A stretch of 64,000 nucleotides of DNA from Nitrosopumilus sp. (GCA_963662625.1 OY759726.1:448001-512000), one strand, 5' to 3'; shown: positions 38,241-48,413, counted from the first letter of the stretch. Notes: a model not told the origin generated them from the letters alone. Numbers and translations: made by a program.

Positions 38241-38431
38241 TGATCAGTCATGCCCCATCCAGACTATTAAATTTAGTTTTTTGGGGATCCGGCGCCCGTG
38301 GGAAGGGGGAAGCGCCTGCCTGCGGGCCAGGACGGCCGCGCCTGCCGCCGCGTGATCAGGGGCCGCGCCGTGGAACGGGCGTTCCCGCGGGCGGCACTGG
38401 AATTCCAGACAGGCCGGCTCCCGTCCCGCCA

Positions 38432-38926
38432 TCAGGGCGGGACGTAGCCGACGTTAAACGTCACGGCCTCGTTGACCGAGGGGGACGCGTACGTGTATGT
38501 GGCGGTGGTCGGGGCGTGTCCCGCATGGGCGGATTCCGGCCGGATCAGGCAGTACGCGGGCGGGGGCAGTATCTTGTCAAACGCGTACTCCCCGCTGGCG
38601 TCGGTGGTGGTGCGGACGATGGAGTTAGTCGCCGCGTTTATCACGAGCATCGACTGCCCGGGTATCCCGCGTTCCCCCGCGTCCTGCATCCCGTTGCCGT
38701 TGTTGTCCTGGAATACGGTCCCCGTCACCGTGCCGTATGCCCTGGGGGTTATCGCCGGGCTCTTCTGGGCCGGATCGAGCTTGTTCAGGAAGCCGACGAT
38801 CTCGCTTGAGCACGGATCTGGGCTGTTTCCGCACGTGGCCACGGTGTTTTGGATCCATCCGTGGTAGACGTTGGGAACGGCCAAGACGCCCTGGCCCCCC
38901 ATGCAGGCATCTCCTGATCTGGCCAA
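38432..38926 (-). pseudogene. C-terminal relic of an SdrD-B domain surface protein
   Basis: GTVTGTVFQDNNGNGMQDAGERGIPG...TTTDASGEYAF; upstream region has no continuous frame or signal peptide. Confidence 0.65.
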
Positions 38927-39478
38927 GGCGGGTTACCGTTCTCCGAAGTGCCCCATCTCAGAATCTAACTGCGCCCGGCGATCCCTCAGATCTGCCTTGA
39001 GCGAAGGCAAGGCCTGCTTTTGGACTAGTTCTTTTGGCGATATCGTCGGCTCTAAAAATTCACCCTCACCGATGCTTCCACTTGGCCAATTTCCGCAGGT
39101 TTCGATCCGCGCTCAAGTTCGGGTGGCGCCTCCTCTTCCGTTTTTCCCGAAAACATGCGCCGTGCCGGGACCGCCAATCGTCCCGATTTCACGCCCCAAG
39201 CTTCTGTCCGGGCCGGGGTTGGCCGCGGGCCGGCTTAACGGAGTTTTTGCGTGACTTTGGCGCAACAATCTTGGGACATCGCAAGCAGTCATAGGCGTCA
39301 TGCCTTGAAGATGTGAAAATGCCGAGCGCGGTATCAGAAGCAATTACAGCCCCATGGGGTTTCTGACGCATGTTGGTTAGGCGCCAGGGGGCGCGACGAT
39401 CAGCCGGCAGGGAGAAGATCAGCCGGAGGCGAAACAGAGTCGCCATGAAGGCCTCCCCCAAGCAGCGCCGCTAGGAAC

Positions 39479-39486
39479 TTTTATAA
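39479..39486 (+). promoter_or_regulatory. TATA box of radA (probably leaderless transcript)
   Basis: TTTTATAA ending 24 nt before the ATG at 39511. Confidence 0.6.
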
Positions 39487-39510
39487 AGTACCTGTACCGT
39501 ACTCTACGGT

Positions 39511-40623
39511 ATGGTAGAAGATTTGAGATTAGACAGTTTGGAGGGCGTGGGCCCTGTAACCACGAGAAAGTTGTCTGACGCGGGAGTCCACAACATAATG
39601 GATCTGATCGTCAGGGGTCCGGTAGAAATTTCTGAGATAACTGGAATGGAAAAAGACACTGCAGAAAAGATAGTCAACAAGGCACGGCAGCACTTGGTCG
39701 AAGGCGGCCTGCTGGCCAGGGATTTCGTCAGCGCTAGCGAGATATACAAGCACCGGCAGTTGATTGGCAAAATCACCACCGGTACAAACTGCCTCGATAC
39801 GCTGCTTGACGGCGGCCTTGAGACGCAGGCCCTGACCGAGGTCTATGGCGAATTCGGTTGCGGAAAGACCCAATTTGCGCATACGATGTCCGTCATGGTC
39901 CAAAGGCCAAAAGAAGAGGGCGGGCTGGAAGGCGGAGTCCTGTACATCGACACCGAAAACACTTTCAGGCCTGAAAGGATCATCTCGATCGCGCAGGCGC
40001 ACGAGCTGGATCCAGAGAAGATTCTCGACAACATCATCGTCGCGCGTGCGTACAACAGCGCGCACCAAACCCTGATTCTGGAAGAGGCAGGATCCATAAT
40101 AGATGAAAACAACATCAAATTGATTGTCGCGGATTCTGCAGTCGGCCTGTTCAGGTCCGAGTATCTTGGGAGAGGCACCCTGTCCAGCAGGCAGCAGAAG
40201 CTCAACCACTTTGTGCACCTGTTGTCCAGGATTGCAGAGACCTACAACTGCGCCGCGATAGCCACAAACCAGGTGATGTCGTCTCCAGACGTCTTCTTTG
40301 GGGACCCGACGCGCCCGATCGGAGGCAACGTAGTGGCCCATACCAGCACGTACAGGATCTACTTTAAGAAATCCGGCAAGAAGCGAATAGCGCGGATGGT
40401 AGACAGCCCCCACCACCCGGAAGAAGAGGTAATCTTCGCCTTGGGAGAAGCCGGAGTCGTGGATCCTGAAGAGGCTGAAAAGAAAAAGAAGGTCACAAAG
40501 GCCGGCAAGAAGGCCAAGGCAGACGCAAAAGCCCCGGAACCGGAACCAGATGCAGAAGAGATCCCCGATGCGGGTGCCGTTGCAGACTCCCAAGAGGCCG
40601 ACCCGGAGCCGCTAGAGGAGTAA
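39511..40623 (+). CDS. radA: DNA repair and recombination protein RadA
   Basis: HhH N-terminal domain, TEVYGEFGCGKTQ (Walker A), YIDTENTFRPER, FRSEYLGRG.L..RQ, PIGGNVVAH. Confidence 0.97.
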   Translation: MVEDLRLDSLEGVGPVTTRKLSDAGVHNIMDLIVRGPVEISEITGMEKDTAEKIVNKARQHLVEGGLLARDFVSASEIYKHRQLIGKITTGTNCLDTLLDGGLETQALTEVYGEFGCGKTQFAHTMSVMVQRPKEEGGLEGGVLYIDTENTFRPERIISIAQAHELDPEKILDNIIVARAYNSAHQTLILEEAGSIIDENNIKLIVADSAVGLFRSEYLGRGTLSSRQQKLNHFVHLLSRIAETYNCAAIATNQVMSSPDVFFGDPTRPIGGNVVAHTSTYRIYFKKSGKKRIARMVDSPHHPEEEVIFALGEAGVVDPEEAEKKKKVTKAGKKAKADAKAPEPEPDAEEIPDAGAVADSQEADPEPLEE

Positions 40624-41458
40624 GCCCCCTTCCCCCTTGTACGGGCACGCATGCGCCGTAGTTCGGGATTCCGGCGGCATTCGTGTCACCGCCGCGCCGG
40701 GTTTTCAAAAGGGCCGGGTTCCCGCGCCGGCATTCTGAGGAGGCGGCCCCGGTGGTGGCACGGCCTGCGTGTCCGCACTGAACGCACATGTCCCGTTTTC
40801 CCACAGCCTGTCGGATCCCCAGGCCGGGGGCATGGCGGCCGGAGTTGCCAGGTGGCGCGCCGGCGCCCCCCCCCCACGGCTTTCCGACCCCCGTTCAGGA
40901 CGTGCCGACCAAGCGCGTGGTATGGACATGCATGCCCCGTGGCATTTCCCGCATCCCTCGGGCTCCCAGGTTCGGCGCGGCGTCTTTCAGCAGCTGGCTC
41001 CCTGGCGGCCAAGTCTTGGATTCGCTTGGGGGTCGCGCGCTGTCCCGATCCGGCCCGCACGGGCCGTCCAGGCCTTGCCTGCATGCGCGGTCGTTTTCGG
41101 GCCCCCGGGCGGGCTGTCCGGGTTGGCGCCTCCCCGTCCCGGAGCTCGGCGGCCCTGCTGCTGCGCGCCGCCCGCCGCCGGGGACGCGCTGCCTGGCGCA
41201 GGATGCCGTTTTGCTTCCGGTCTGGGATCCCTTCGGGCGGGATGTTTGGAGCTGCCGGCCAGGGCGGGGATCTTTGGCGCGCCGGGCAGCAGATCCCTGG
41301 CCCCGCCGTGCTCTGGTCTTGCGTGCTCGGGTCTTGCGTGCCGGGATCATCCCGGGATGCCGCCTTCATGCCTGAGGCGTCCCGGTCGCCCCGCCCGGCA
41401 TCCAAAACGGCCCCGAGTTATTGTAAGTATTAAAATAGGGCGCAGGGCGTTTCCATTC

Positions 41459-41758
41459 ATGGCAACCAAAAAGTCGTCTGGCCGTTCGCACGGGTTCAAG
41501 CACAAGTCCAGGTCCGTGATGAGGAAAAAATCCCCCCGCGGAGTCTCCTTCCTGCTGCGCGAGTACCGGGAGGGCCAGCGCGCGCTCGTCATAATCGATC
41601 CCAGGCAGCACAAGGGCCTGCCGCACAGGCGCTACCACGGGAAGGTGGGCACGGTGACCAGCGTGGGCAGGCGCGCGGTGACGCTTGACGTGAAACTGGG
41701 CGACAAATCGAAAACCTTAATCACTAGATTGGATCATATCAAACCGTTCGGTGTCTAG
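41459..41758 (+). CDS. rpl21e: 50S ribosomal protein L21e
   Basis: SHGF..KSR, IDP..HKGLPHRRYHGKVG, HIKP. Confidence 0.95.
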   Translation: MATKKSSGRSHGFKHKSRSVMRKKSPRGVSFLLREYREGQRALVIIDPRQHKGLPHRRYHGKVGTVTSVGRRAVTLDVKLGDKSKTLITRLDHIKPFGV

Positions 41759-41759
41759 C

Positions 41760-42086
41760 ATGGAGGAAGTGAAAAAGAAGCAGGCCGTTTCAGTGTCGGA
41801 GGTCAAGGAGATCCTGGGCCAGGTTGACGTCGAGGAGATGGATCAAATCCAGCGCTGGACCTTTGACTATGTCTCAAAATTCGTAGCCACGGGGCCAGGC
41901 GACGCCAAGGAGATGAAGAGGCGGCTGATGAAGGAGTGCGAGCTCACCGAGGACGAGGCAGTCGAGATAGTGAACATCAGGCCCACGAGCCTGGCCGAGC
42001 TGCGCTCCTTTACGTTTGGCTGGAAGAAGCTTATCCTTGCTGAGACCCTGGAAAAGATACTCGGGATAATCAAGGAGCATTCCTAG
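41760..42086 (+). CDS. rpoF: RNA polymerase subunit F (Rpo4)
   Basis: VSVSEVKEIL, FDYVSKF, AVEIVNIRP.S..ELR; rpl21e-rpoF-DUF655-ksgA order. Confidence 0.88.
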   Translation: MEEVKKKQAVSVSEVKEILGQVDVEEMDQIQRWTFDYVSKFVATGPGDAKEMKRRLMKECELTEDEAVEIVNIRPTSLAELRSFTFGWKKLILAETLEKILGIIKEHS

Positions 42087-42106
42087 GGCCGGCGGAGATT
42101 CCCAGA

Positions 42107-42673
42107 TTGTCATCTGCGCAACCACCACCTAGGCGATACGAAGAGCACGCTTACGTCTTGGACTTCAACCCCAGGGGCAAGTCCTCCACGGTCAAGGGCA
42201 GGGAGGGGATCATAATAACCGCGATAGGCGAGGACAGGCTGACGCTGTTGGAGATACTCGGCGCGCAGAACTCCACGTTCGAGATCGGCGAGAGGATCTT
42301 CATCGGCAAGGAGGGGAGGACCAAGGTCCTTTCCGTCCTGGGCAAGATGGAATACAGCTGCGTCTCGTCGTCGGGGCAGAGCGAGCTTGCCAACGTGGTG
42401 GAAAGGATCGTGACTGACAACGAGCCAAGGTTCGTCGAGTACCTGAACAACGCGAGGCCCCTCACCCCGAGGATCCACGCGCTGGAGCTGATCCCGGGAA
42501 TCGGGAAGACGTACATGAAGAGCATGCTGGAGGAGCGCGAGAGGAAGAAATTCGAGAGCTACGCCGACCTGCAGGAGCGGGTCGGGTTCACTGAGCCGAT
42601 CAAGCACATATCCCAGAGGATCATGGACGAGATCACCGGCGAGAGCAGGATGAACCTCTTCGTGAAGAGATGA
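42107..42673 (+). CDS. DUF655 family putative RNA-binding protein
   Basis: EEHAYVLDF, AIGE..LTLLE, LTPRIHALELIPGIGK. Confidence 0.9.
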   Translation: MSSAQPPPRRYEEHAYVLDFNPRGKSSTVKGREGIIITAIGEDRLTLLEILGAQNSTFEIGERIFIGKEGRTKVLSVLGKMEYSCVSSSGQSELANVVERIVTDNEPRFVEYLNNARPLTPRIHALELIPGIGKTYMKSMLEERERKKFESYADLQERVGFTEPIKHISQRIMDEITGESRMNLFVKR

Positions 42674-43377
42674 CAAGGCGCAGGAGGCGGGGGCAGCACT
42701 TCCTGAACTCCTCCGGGGTCGCGAGGACCATGGTCTCCGAGGCCCGCATAACGAGGGGCGACACCGTGTACGAGGTAGGCACCGGCCGCGGCGCCCTCAC
42801 CCCGCTGCTGTGCGAGAAGGCCGGGAGGGTCATCTCGGCCGAGGCCGACAGGGAGCTGTTCGAGGGAGCCGCCGCCAGCCTCGCGCACATACCGAACCTC
42901 ACCCTGCAGTTTGGCGACGGCTTCAGGAAGGGCAACGCGTTCTCGGTCTTTGTTTCCAGCCTGCCCTATTCCAGCAGCAGGAGGGCCATGGAATGGCTGG
43001 CGCAGACCCCGTTCTCCCACGGGGTGGTGATGGTCCAGGAGGAGTTTGCCCGGAAGATCCTCCGCGGGCGGGCGCCCGGCAGGAGGGCGGTCGGCGTCAT
43101 CGCCAACCACGCCATGGAGATCACCAGGATATCCAGCGTCGGGAGGGCCAACTTCGACCCACCCCCCGCCGTGGACTCGGCCCTCCTGAGGATCCGCAAA
43201 AAGGCGACCGTCGGGAAGGCCCTGGTCCAGGCGGTCAACAGGATTTTCTCGTACAGGAGGAAGACCGTCCAGAACGTCCTCAGGCAGTTCGGGATGGAAA
43301 CCGTAATAGCCAAACGGCTGGACGATCTGTCAGACGAGGAGATAATCGGTATTGCCAGGGAAGCCATCGGGAAATGA
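42670..43377 (+). CDS. ksgA: 16S rRNA dimethyladenosine transferase KsgA/Dim1
   Basis: GQHFL, EVGTGRGALT, SLPY, MVQEEFA, FDPPPAVDS. Confidence 0.92.
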   Translation: MTRRRRRGQHFLNSSGVARTMVSEARITRGDTVYEVGTGRGALTPLLCEKAGRVISAEADRELFEGAAASLAHIPNLTLQFGDGFRKGNAFSVFVSSLPYSSSRRAMEWLAQTPFSHGVVMVQEEFARKILRGRAPGRRAVGVIANHAMEITRISSVGRANFDPPPAVDSALLRIRKKATVGKALVQAVNRIFSYRRKTVQNVLRQFGMETVIAKRLDDLSDEEIIGIAREAIGK

Positions 43378-43891
43378 CGGGTACGCGCCGGCTGAGGACA
43401 CCTTCTTCGTGGCCGAAAACATCGCGGGGGAGCGCGGCGAGGCGGCCCTGGACGTCGGCAGCGGCTCGGGGTACCTCACCAGGCTGCTGTCCGAGAACTT
43501 TTCCCTGGTGGTCGGGACAGACGTCGATTTTGGCGCCCTGAGGGGCCAGACTTACAAGACGGACAACCTGGTCTGCTGCAACGGGTCCGACGCCCTCAGG
43601 GCGTGCTTTGACCTGGTGGTGTGCAACATGCCGTACCTCGCCACCGACGAGATCCTGGACGCCGCCACGGACGGCGGGAGGGGCGGGTTCGAGGTCCCGA
43701 GGAGGATCCTCGACTCCGTCTGCGGCAACATCAGGGGCAACGGCAAGTTCATCTTCGTGACGTCCTCCCTGTCGGACTTCCGGAGGCTGATCGGCCACGC
43801 GCGGGGCCTGGGCCTGGCGTGCCGGATAGTCGCCAGGAAGAGGCTGTTCTTCGAGGAGCTCATACTGGTCGAGGCCAGGAAGCCCGCCTAG
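43352..43891 (+). CDS. HemK2/Mtq2-family methyltransferase
   Basis: YAPAEDTF, LDVGSGSG, CNMPYL, DGG..G. Confidence 0.85.
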   Translation: MPGKPSGNDGYAPAEDTFFVAENIAGERGEAALDVGSGSGYLTRLLSENFSLVVGTDVDFGALRGQTYKTDNLVCCNGSDALRACFDLVVCNMPYLATDEILDAATDGGRGGFEVPRRILDSVCGNIRGNGKFIFVTSSLSDFRRLIGHARGLGLACRIVARKRLFFEELILVEARKPA

Positions 43892-43893
43892 GC

Positions 43894-44919
43894 CTACCTC
43901 CTCAGTTTTTCCTTGGCGAACTCCGCGATCGCCGCGGCCATCTCCCGCGTCCCCGAGCTCCCGCCGAGGTCGTACGTGACGGTCCTGCCCTCGTTGATTA
44001 CCCGGTCGGTGGCCTCGAATATCGCGTCCCGGATGTCGGGCTCCCCCAGGTACTCGGCCATCCAGGCCCCCGAGAGGATCGTCGCGGTGGGGTTGACCTT
44101 GTTCATCCCCTTGTATTTGGGCGCGCTCCCGTGCGCGGGCTCGAACATCGCGTAGGATTCCCCCATGTTTGCCGAATACACGTTTCCTATGGATCCTATG
44201 CTGCCCGAGGCGCACTCGGAGATGATGTCCATGAACAGGTTGGTGCTGATCAGGACGCTGTCGTTGAACCTCTCCGGGTTCTTCACCAGCTGCTGCGCCA
44301 TGTTGTCTATGTAGTACTCCTCGACTTCCAGCCCGGACGACTCGGCCGCCCTCTGCACCTCGCTCCAGAATATCCCGTCCGTCCTCTTGAGTATGTTCCT
44401 CTTGGTGATTGCCACTACCCTGGGCGTGCCGTGCCCCTTGGCCCACTCGAACGCGGAGTCCACTATCCGCGCGCAGCCCTTCCGGGTGATCTTCCTTATG
44501 GCCACCGCCGAGTCCTCCGAGGTGTCAAACTCGATCCCGGCGTACAGCCCCTCCGTCGCCTCCCTGAAGCATACAAAGTCCAGCTTCCTGTCCGGGGACA
44601 GCCTGTCAAACGTCTTGATCGGCCTCACGTTTGCAAAGAGCTCGAACTTCTGCCGGGTGGACACGGCGACGCTCCTGGGCGCCTTCGGGTCCGGAATGGT
44701 TGTGGTGGGCCCCTTGAAGCAGGCGTGGCTCTCGTCCATGATCCTCGAGGTCTCCTCCGGGATGTACGTGGCCCCGCCGTTTTTCTGCCACTGCTCCGAG
44801 CCCGCCTCGCACCGGATCATCTCGATCTGGGAGTTGCACGCGTTCAGGACGGCCTCCATCGCGTCGACGAGTTCGGGGCCCACCCCGTCCCCGTTGATGA
44901 CAGCTGCCTTCTTGCTCAA
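43894..44919 (-). CDS. Isocitrate/isopropylmalate dehydrogenase family protein
   Basis: GDGVGPE, KGPTTT, FANVRP, EATEGLY, NLFMDIIS, FEPAHGSAP. Confidence 0.92.
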   Translation of the reverse strand: MSKKAAVINGDGVGPELVDAMEAVLNACNSQIEMIRCEAGSEQWQKNGGATYIPEETSRIMDESHACFKGPTTTIPDPKAPRSVAVSTRQKFELFANVRPIKTFDRLSPDRKLDFVCFREATEGLYAGIEFDTSEDSAVAIRKITRKGCARIVDSAFEWAKGHGTPRVVAITKRNILKRTDGIFWSEVQRAAESSGLEVEEYYIDNMAQQLVKNPERFNDSVLISTNLFMDIISECASGSIGSIGNVYSANMGESYAMFEPAHGSAPKYKGMNKVNPTATILSGAWMAEYLGEPDIRDAIFEATDRVINEGRTVTYDLGGSSGTREMAAAIAEFAKEKLRR

Positions 44920-45020
44920 AACTGCCGGGATTTGGCCGGGTTATTATTTATGTCTACCTGATTCCCAGCCCCGGGATTCCCACGGTGACGGTTTATTAGA
45001 CGACGGCGCGGTGCAGGAAA

Positions 45021-45767
45021 ATGATAATCGTCCAGATTTCCGACCTCCACGTGGGCTCCCAGTTCCTGCCGGAAAAATTCGCCGAGATGGAATCCGAGAT
45101 CAACAGGATGAAGCCCGACGTCGTGGTGGTCACGGGCGACCTCACCAACGAGGGGCTCGTCGGGGAATACGAGGAGTGCAAGAGGCTGCTTGCGAGGCTG
45201 GACGCCGGGAAGATCATCGCGATCAGCGGGAACCACGACTACCGCAACACCGGGTACCTGCTGTTCAAGAAATTCTTCCCGTTTGACACGGTGAACGAGC
45301 TGGGCGAGGACGTGGTGCTGGTGACCATGGGGACCGCCCGTCCCGACAGGAACGAGGGCGAGGTCGGGTACAGGCAGAACCTCTGGCTGCAGCGGACCAT
45401 GCAGAAGTACAGGGACAGGGTGAAGATAATCGCGATGCACCACCACCTGGTGGCCATACCGGACACCGGCTCCGACCAGCTGACCGTGGTCGACGCGGGA
45501 GACGTGCTGAGGACCATCCTGGACTCGAACGTCGACCTGGTCCTGTGCGGGCACAAGCACAGGCCCTGGGTGTGGAACTTCGGGAAGCTCTCGGTGGTCA
45601 ACGCGGGCACCGCGACCTCCGAGCGCGTGCGGGGGCTGTTTGAAAACACGTACAACGTCATCACCGTCTCCGGGAGGGAGGTGCGGGTGGACCTCAAGAT
45701 CGTGGGCGGGAGGCGCGTCCCCCTGGGCGACATCGTGAGCAATTACAGCCGGTTCGGCGAAGAGTGA
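45021..45767 (+). CDS. Calcineurin-like metallophosphoesterase
   Basis: SDLH, TGDLT, GNHD, HHH, GHKH. Confidence 0.9.
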   Translation: MIIVQISDLHVGSQFLPEKFAEMESEINRMKPDVVVVTGDLTNEGLVGEYEECKRLLARLDAGKIIAISGNHDYRNTGYLLFKKFFPFDTVNELGEDVVLVTMGTARPDRNEGEVGYRQNLWLQRTMQKYRDRVKIIAMHHHLVAIPDTGSDQLTVVDAGDVLRTILDSNVDLVLCGHKHRPWVWNFGKLSVVNAGTATSERVRGLFENTYNVITVSGREVRVDLKIVGGRRVPLGDIVSNYSRFGEE

Positions 45768-45800
45768 ACTTATTTACAGACCGGTGCAAGGGTCTCTTGT

Positions 45801-45887
45801 GCGGGGATCGCCTAGCCTGGTAGGGCGTGGGATTGCTAATCCCATGTTCGCAAGGACACGGGGGTTCAAATCCCCCTCCCCGCGCCA
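45801..45887 (+). tRNA. tRNA-Ser(GCT), long variable arm, encoded CCA
   Basis: GCGGGGA/TCCCCGC acceptor; TGGGA-TTGCTAA-TCCCA anticodon arm; GGGGG-TTCAAAT-CCCCC T arm. Confidence 0.93.
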
Positions 45888-46059
45888 CACGCACTTCCGT
45901 CACGCCCGGATCGATTCTCCCGGCCCGGGAGGTTTGCGGGCGGCCGCCCCGTGCCGGCCGGCATGCGCGGCGGTGGCCCCGCCCCGATCCCCGCGCGCTC
46001 GCCGTGCCGGGACTCCCGCCGCCCTGGCGCCGCGAGGCGTGCCCGGCCGCGGCCCCCGC

Positions 46060-46296
46060 CTAGGACTGGGCGCGGTCGAATTTTGAAGACGTCCTGGAGG
46101 CGAGCCGGACGTCTTCTGCCCTGACCGTCTTGCGCCCCGCATGCGCCGCCATGTCCACCGCGCTCCCGGCTATGCAGTTTGCCAGGTCCTCGACCGTGCG
46201 CCTGAGCTCGTCGGCGGACTCCTCGCTGACCCTCTCGGCGCCGGCCTTCTTCAGGATCCGGTACATTGCAGACAGCCCGATCTCCGAGGACTTCAT
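46060..46296 (-). CDS. Archaeal histone
   Basis: RILKKAGAERVS...A.EL.......IA..AV..A.HAGRKTV.AEDV.LA. Confidence 0.92.
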   Translation of the reverse strand: MKSSEIGLSAMYRILKKAGAERVSEESADELRRTVEDLANCIAGSAVDMAAHAGRKTVRAEDVRLASRTSSKFDRAQS

Positions 46297-46387
46297 CGGT
46301 TTGCCGTTTCGCTTTGCGGATAAAAGACAGTCGGTGAAAAAATACCACCAAGAAATCGATTTATACAGACCACCTCCTAGATCAGCG

Positions 46388-47143
46388 ATGGCATGGGCAT
46401 ACGACGCGCACGTCCACCTGTCCGACCCGGAGTACGCCGGCGACATCCCCCACACGCTCAGGGCGATGGACGCGGCGAGGATCAGGGCGTGCTGCGTCTC
46501 GATGGACGCGCCAAGCTCGCGGCGGACCCTGGCCCTTGCAGGAATGAGCTGCAACGTGCTGCCGTTCATCGGCATCCATCCCGAGCGCGCCGGCGACGAC
46601 CTGGGGCAGATGGAGGACATGATACGCGACAACGTCGGCGCCATCGCCGGAATCGGCGAGATCGGCCTGGATCCCACGTTTGCCCGTTCCGGGGACGACG
46701 GCGGGAGGCAGGTCCGCGTCTTCGAGGCCCTCCTGGGCCTGGCCGAAAAGTACCAAAAGCCCGTGTCCATCCACTCCAGAAAAAGCCTCGACGAAGTCCT
46801 GGGGATAATGACCTCGTATACCGCAAAGCGCGCCCTGCTGCACTGGTTTGACGGCAGCAAGAGGCAGCTGGGGGCCGCGATGGACATGGGCTTCTTCGTC
46901 TCCTACGGGCCCGTGACGGTGTACGCAAACGACAAGCAGTCGCTGGTCGCGAAGACCGACCCGTCCAGGATGCTCGTGGAGACCGACGGCCCTGTGCGCT
47001 TTTCGAGGTGCTTCGGGTCAAGGCAGGCGCAGGTCAGCTTCATCCCCAGCGTGATCTTCTGCGTGGCCGGGATACTGAACAGGTCCTACGACGAGATGGC
47101 GTCGCAGCTGGAGGAAAACTCGATGGCGTACGTGGGAATATAG
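46388..47143 (+). CDS. TatD family deoxyribonuclease
   Basis: DAHVHL, GIHP, GIGEIGLD, IHSR, HWFDG, VETDGP. Confidence 0.92.
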   Translation: MAWAYDAHVHLSDPEYAGDIPHTLRAMDAARIRACCVSMDAPSSRRTLALAGMSCNVLPFIGIHPERAGDDLGQMEDMIRDNVGAIAGIGEIGLDPTFARSGDDGGRQVRVFEALLGLAEKYQKPVSIHSRKSLDEVLGIMTSYTAKRALLHWFDGSKRQLGAAMDMGFFVSYGPVTVYANDKQSLVAKTDPSRMLVETDGPVRFSRCFGSRQAQVSFIPSVIFCVAGILNRSYDEMASQLEENSMAYVGI

Positions 47144-47174
47144 GTATAAAAAACCCCCGCCCTGCTACAGGGTG

Positions 47175-47603
47175 ATGGACAGGGTCAGGAGCATCTCGCA
47201 CTCGGTGCTGGAGGAGCACAGGTCGAAGTTTGGCGAGGACTACGCCGACAACAAGAGGGCCCTGGACCAGGTCTCCGTCATCCGCTCCAAGGGCCTGAAG
47301 AACAAGATTGCCGGGTATATCACTAAGTTCATAAAAAAAGAGATCAGGGAGGAGAACGCGAAAAAGATCCAGGCCGAGGCTGCCAGCCGGCCCGACGACG
47401 TGGACGCGCCGGCGGCCCCGGCGCCCGAAGCTGCAGGCGAGGCCGAGGGGCGCGAGGCCCCCGTGGCTGGAGGCGGCGTAGACAGCCTGGACTGGGAGGG
47501 GAGGTCCGAGGACGACGACGGGGACGGGTCCCATGGCGGCCACGACGCAGGCGGGGCCCCGGGGCAGCCTGCCGGCGGGGACACTGGGACAGGGGCCGCG
47601 TAG
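47175..47603 (+). CDS. rps17e: 30S ribosomal protein S17e with long acidic C-terminal tail
   Basis: F..DYADNK..L.....I.SKGLKNKIAGYIT. Confidence 0.88.
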   Translation: MDRVRSISHSVLEEHRSKFGEDYADNKRALDQVSVIRSKGLKNKIAGYITKFIKKEIREENAKKIQAEAASRPDDVDAPAAPAPEAAGEAEGREAPVAGGGVDSLDWEGRSEDDDGDGSHGGHDAGGAPGQPAGGDTGTGAA

Positions 47604-47636
47604 CAGCCCCGGAAGCTGCCGCCCCCTGCCAGAGAG

Positions 47637-48413
47637 ATGATCCGGGTAAAGTTCGTCGGCGGCGCCAGGAAGTCGTTTGCCACGGAGTCCACGAGCATCG
47701 AGGGAGCAGGCATGTCGCTGGACGGGCTCCTGTCCATCCTCCTGCAGATGAAGCCGGAATCCACCCCCCCGCTAGACGTCGGGAACGTATTGGTGGCAGT
47801 CAACGGGGTCGACTCCTCGGCGCTCGGCGGCATGTCCGCGATCCTGGGGGACGGCGACGTGGTAAGCATAATCCCGGTGATCCACGGCGGCTCCCCGTGG
47901 GGGCTCAGGCTGTCCGTCCCGGGGACGCACGTCCACGTGGCAGAGATCCCGGGCGGCGGGCAGCACGGCGCCGCCCTGCTAGAGGAGCTGAGGGCGGGGT
48001 TTCCCAGGGTGAGGCTCCAGGCGGTATACAGCAGGTTCGTGCTCAACAGGCGCCACCTGGAGGGGATCGTCGCGATCTCGGCCAGCGCCGAGAAAAACCG
48101 CGCGCTGCTTTCAAACAAGTTCGAGACGGACCTCCTGATGCGCTTTGCCATCTCCCCGCAGATAGCCAGCGCGATCAGGACGGCCGGGATAAGGCCGGGC
48201 CGGGACTTTCTCCTGATCGCTGCGGGCAGCGCGGGTGCCCTGGACGCGTTCTCGAAGAAGGCTCCCCGCGCGGCGGGTTCCCTGTTTGCCAGGGACAACG
48301 CGCCGTTCCTGAAAAGGCACTTCGGCCTGACCAAGAGGCACCTGGACTCCGTCCTCTCCGACGATCCGCTGGCAGACGTCCTGGTCGAGAGGGCCGCCAC
48401 GCTATTCAGCTAG
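47637..48413 (+). CDS. MoaD/ThiS ubiquitin-like domain fused to KEOPS Cgi121-like domain
   Basis: LVAVNG....GDGDVVSIIPVIHGG, then ETDLLMRFA...QI..AI...G. Confidence 0.8.
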   Translation: MIRVKFVGGARKSFATESTSIEGAGMSLDGLLSILLQMKPESTPPLDVGNVLVAVNGVDSSALGGMSAILGDGDVVSIIPVIHGGSPWGLRLSVPGTHVHVAEIPGGGQHGAALLEELRAGFPRVRLQAVYSRFVLNRRHLEGIVAISASAEKNRALLSNKFETDLLMRFAISPQIASAIRTAGIRPGRDFLLIAAGSAGALDAFSKKAPRAAGSLFARDNAPFLKRHFGLTKRHLDSVLSDDPLADVLVERAATLFS

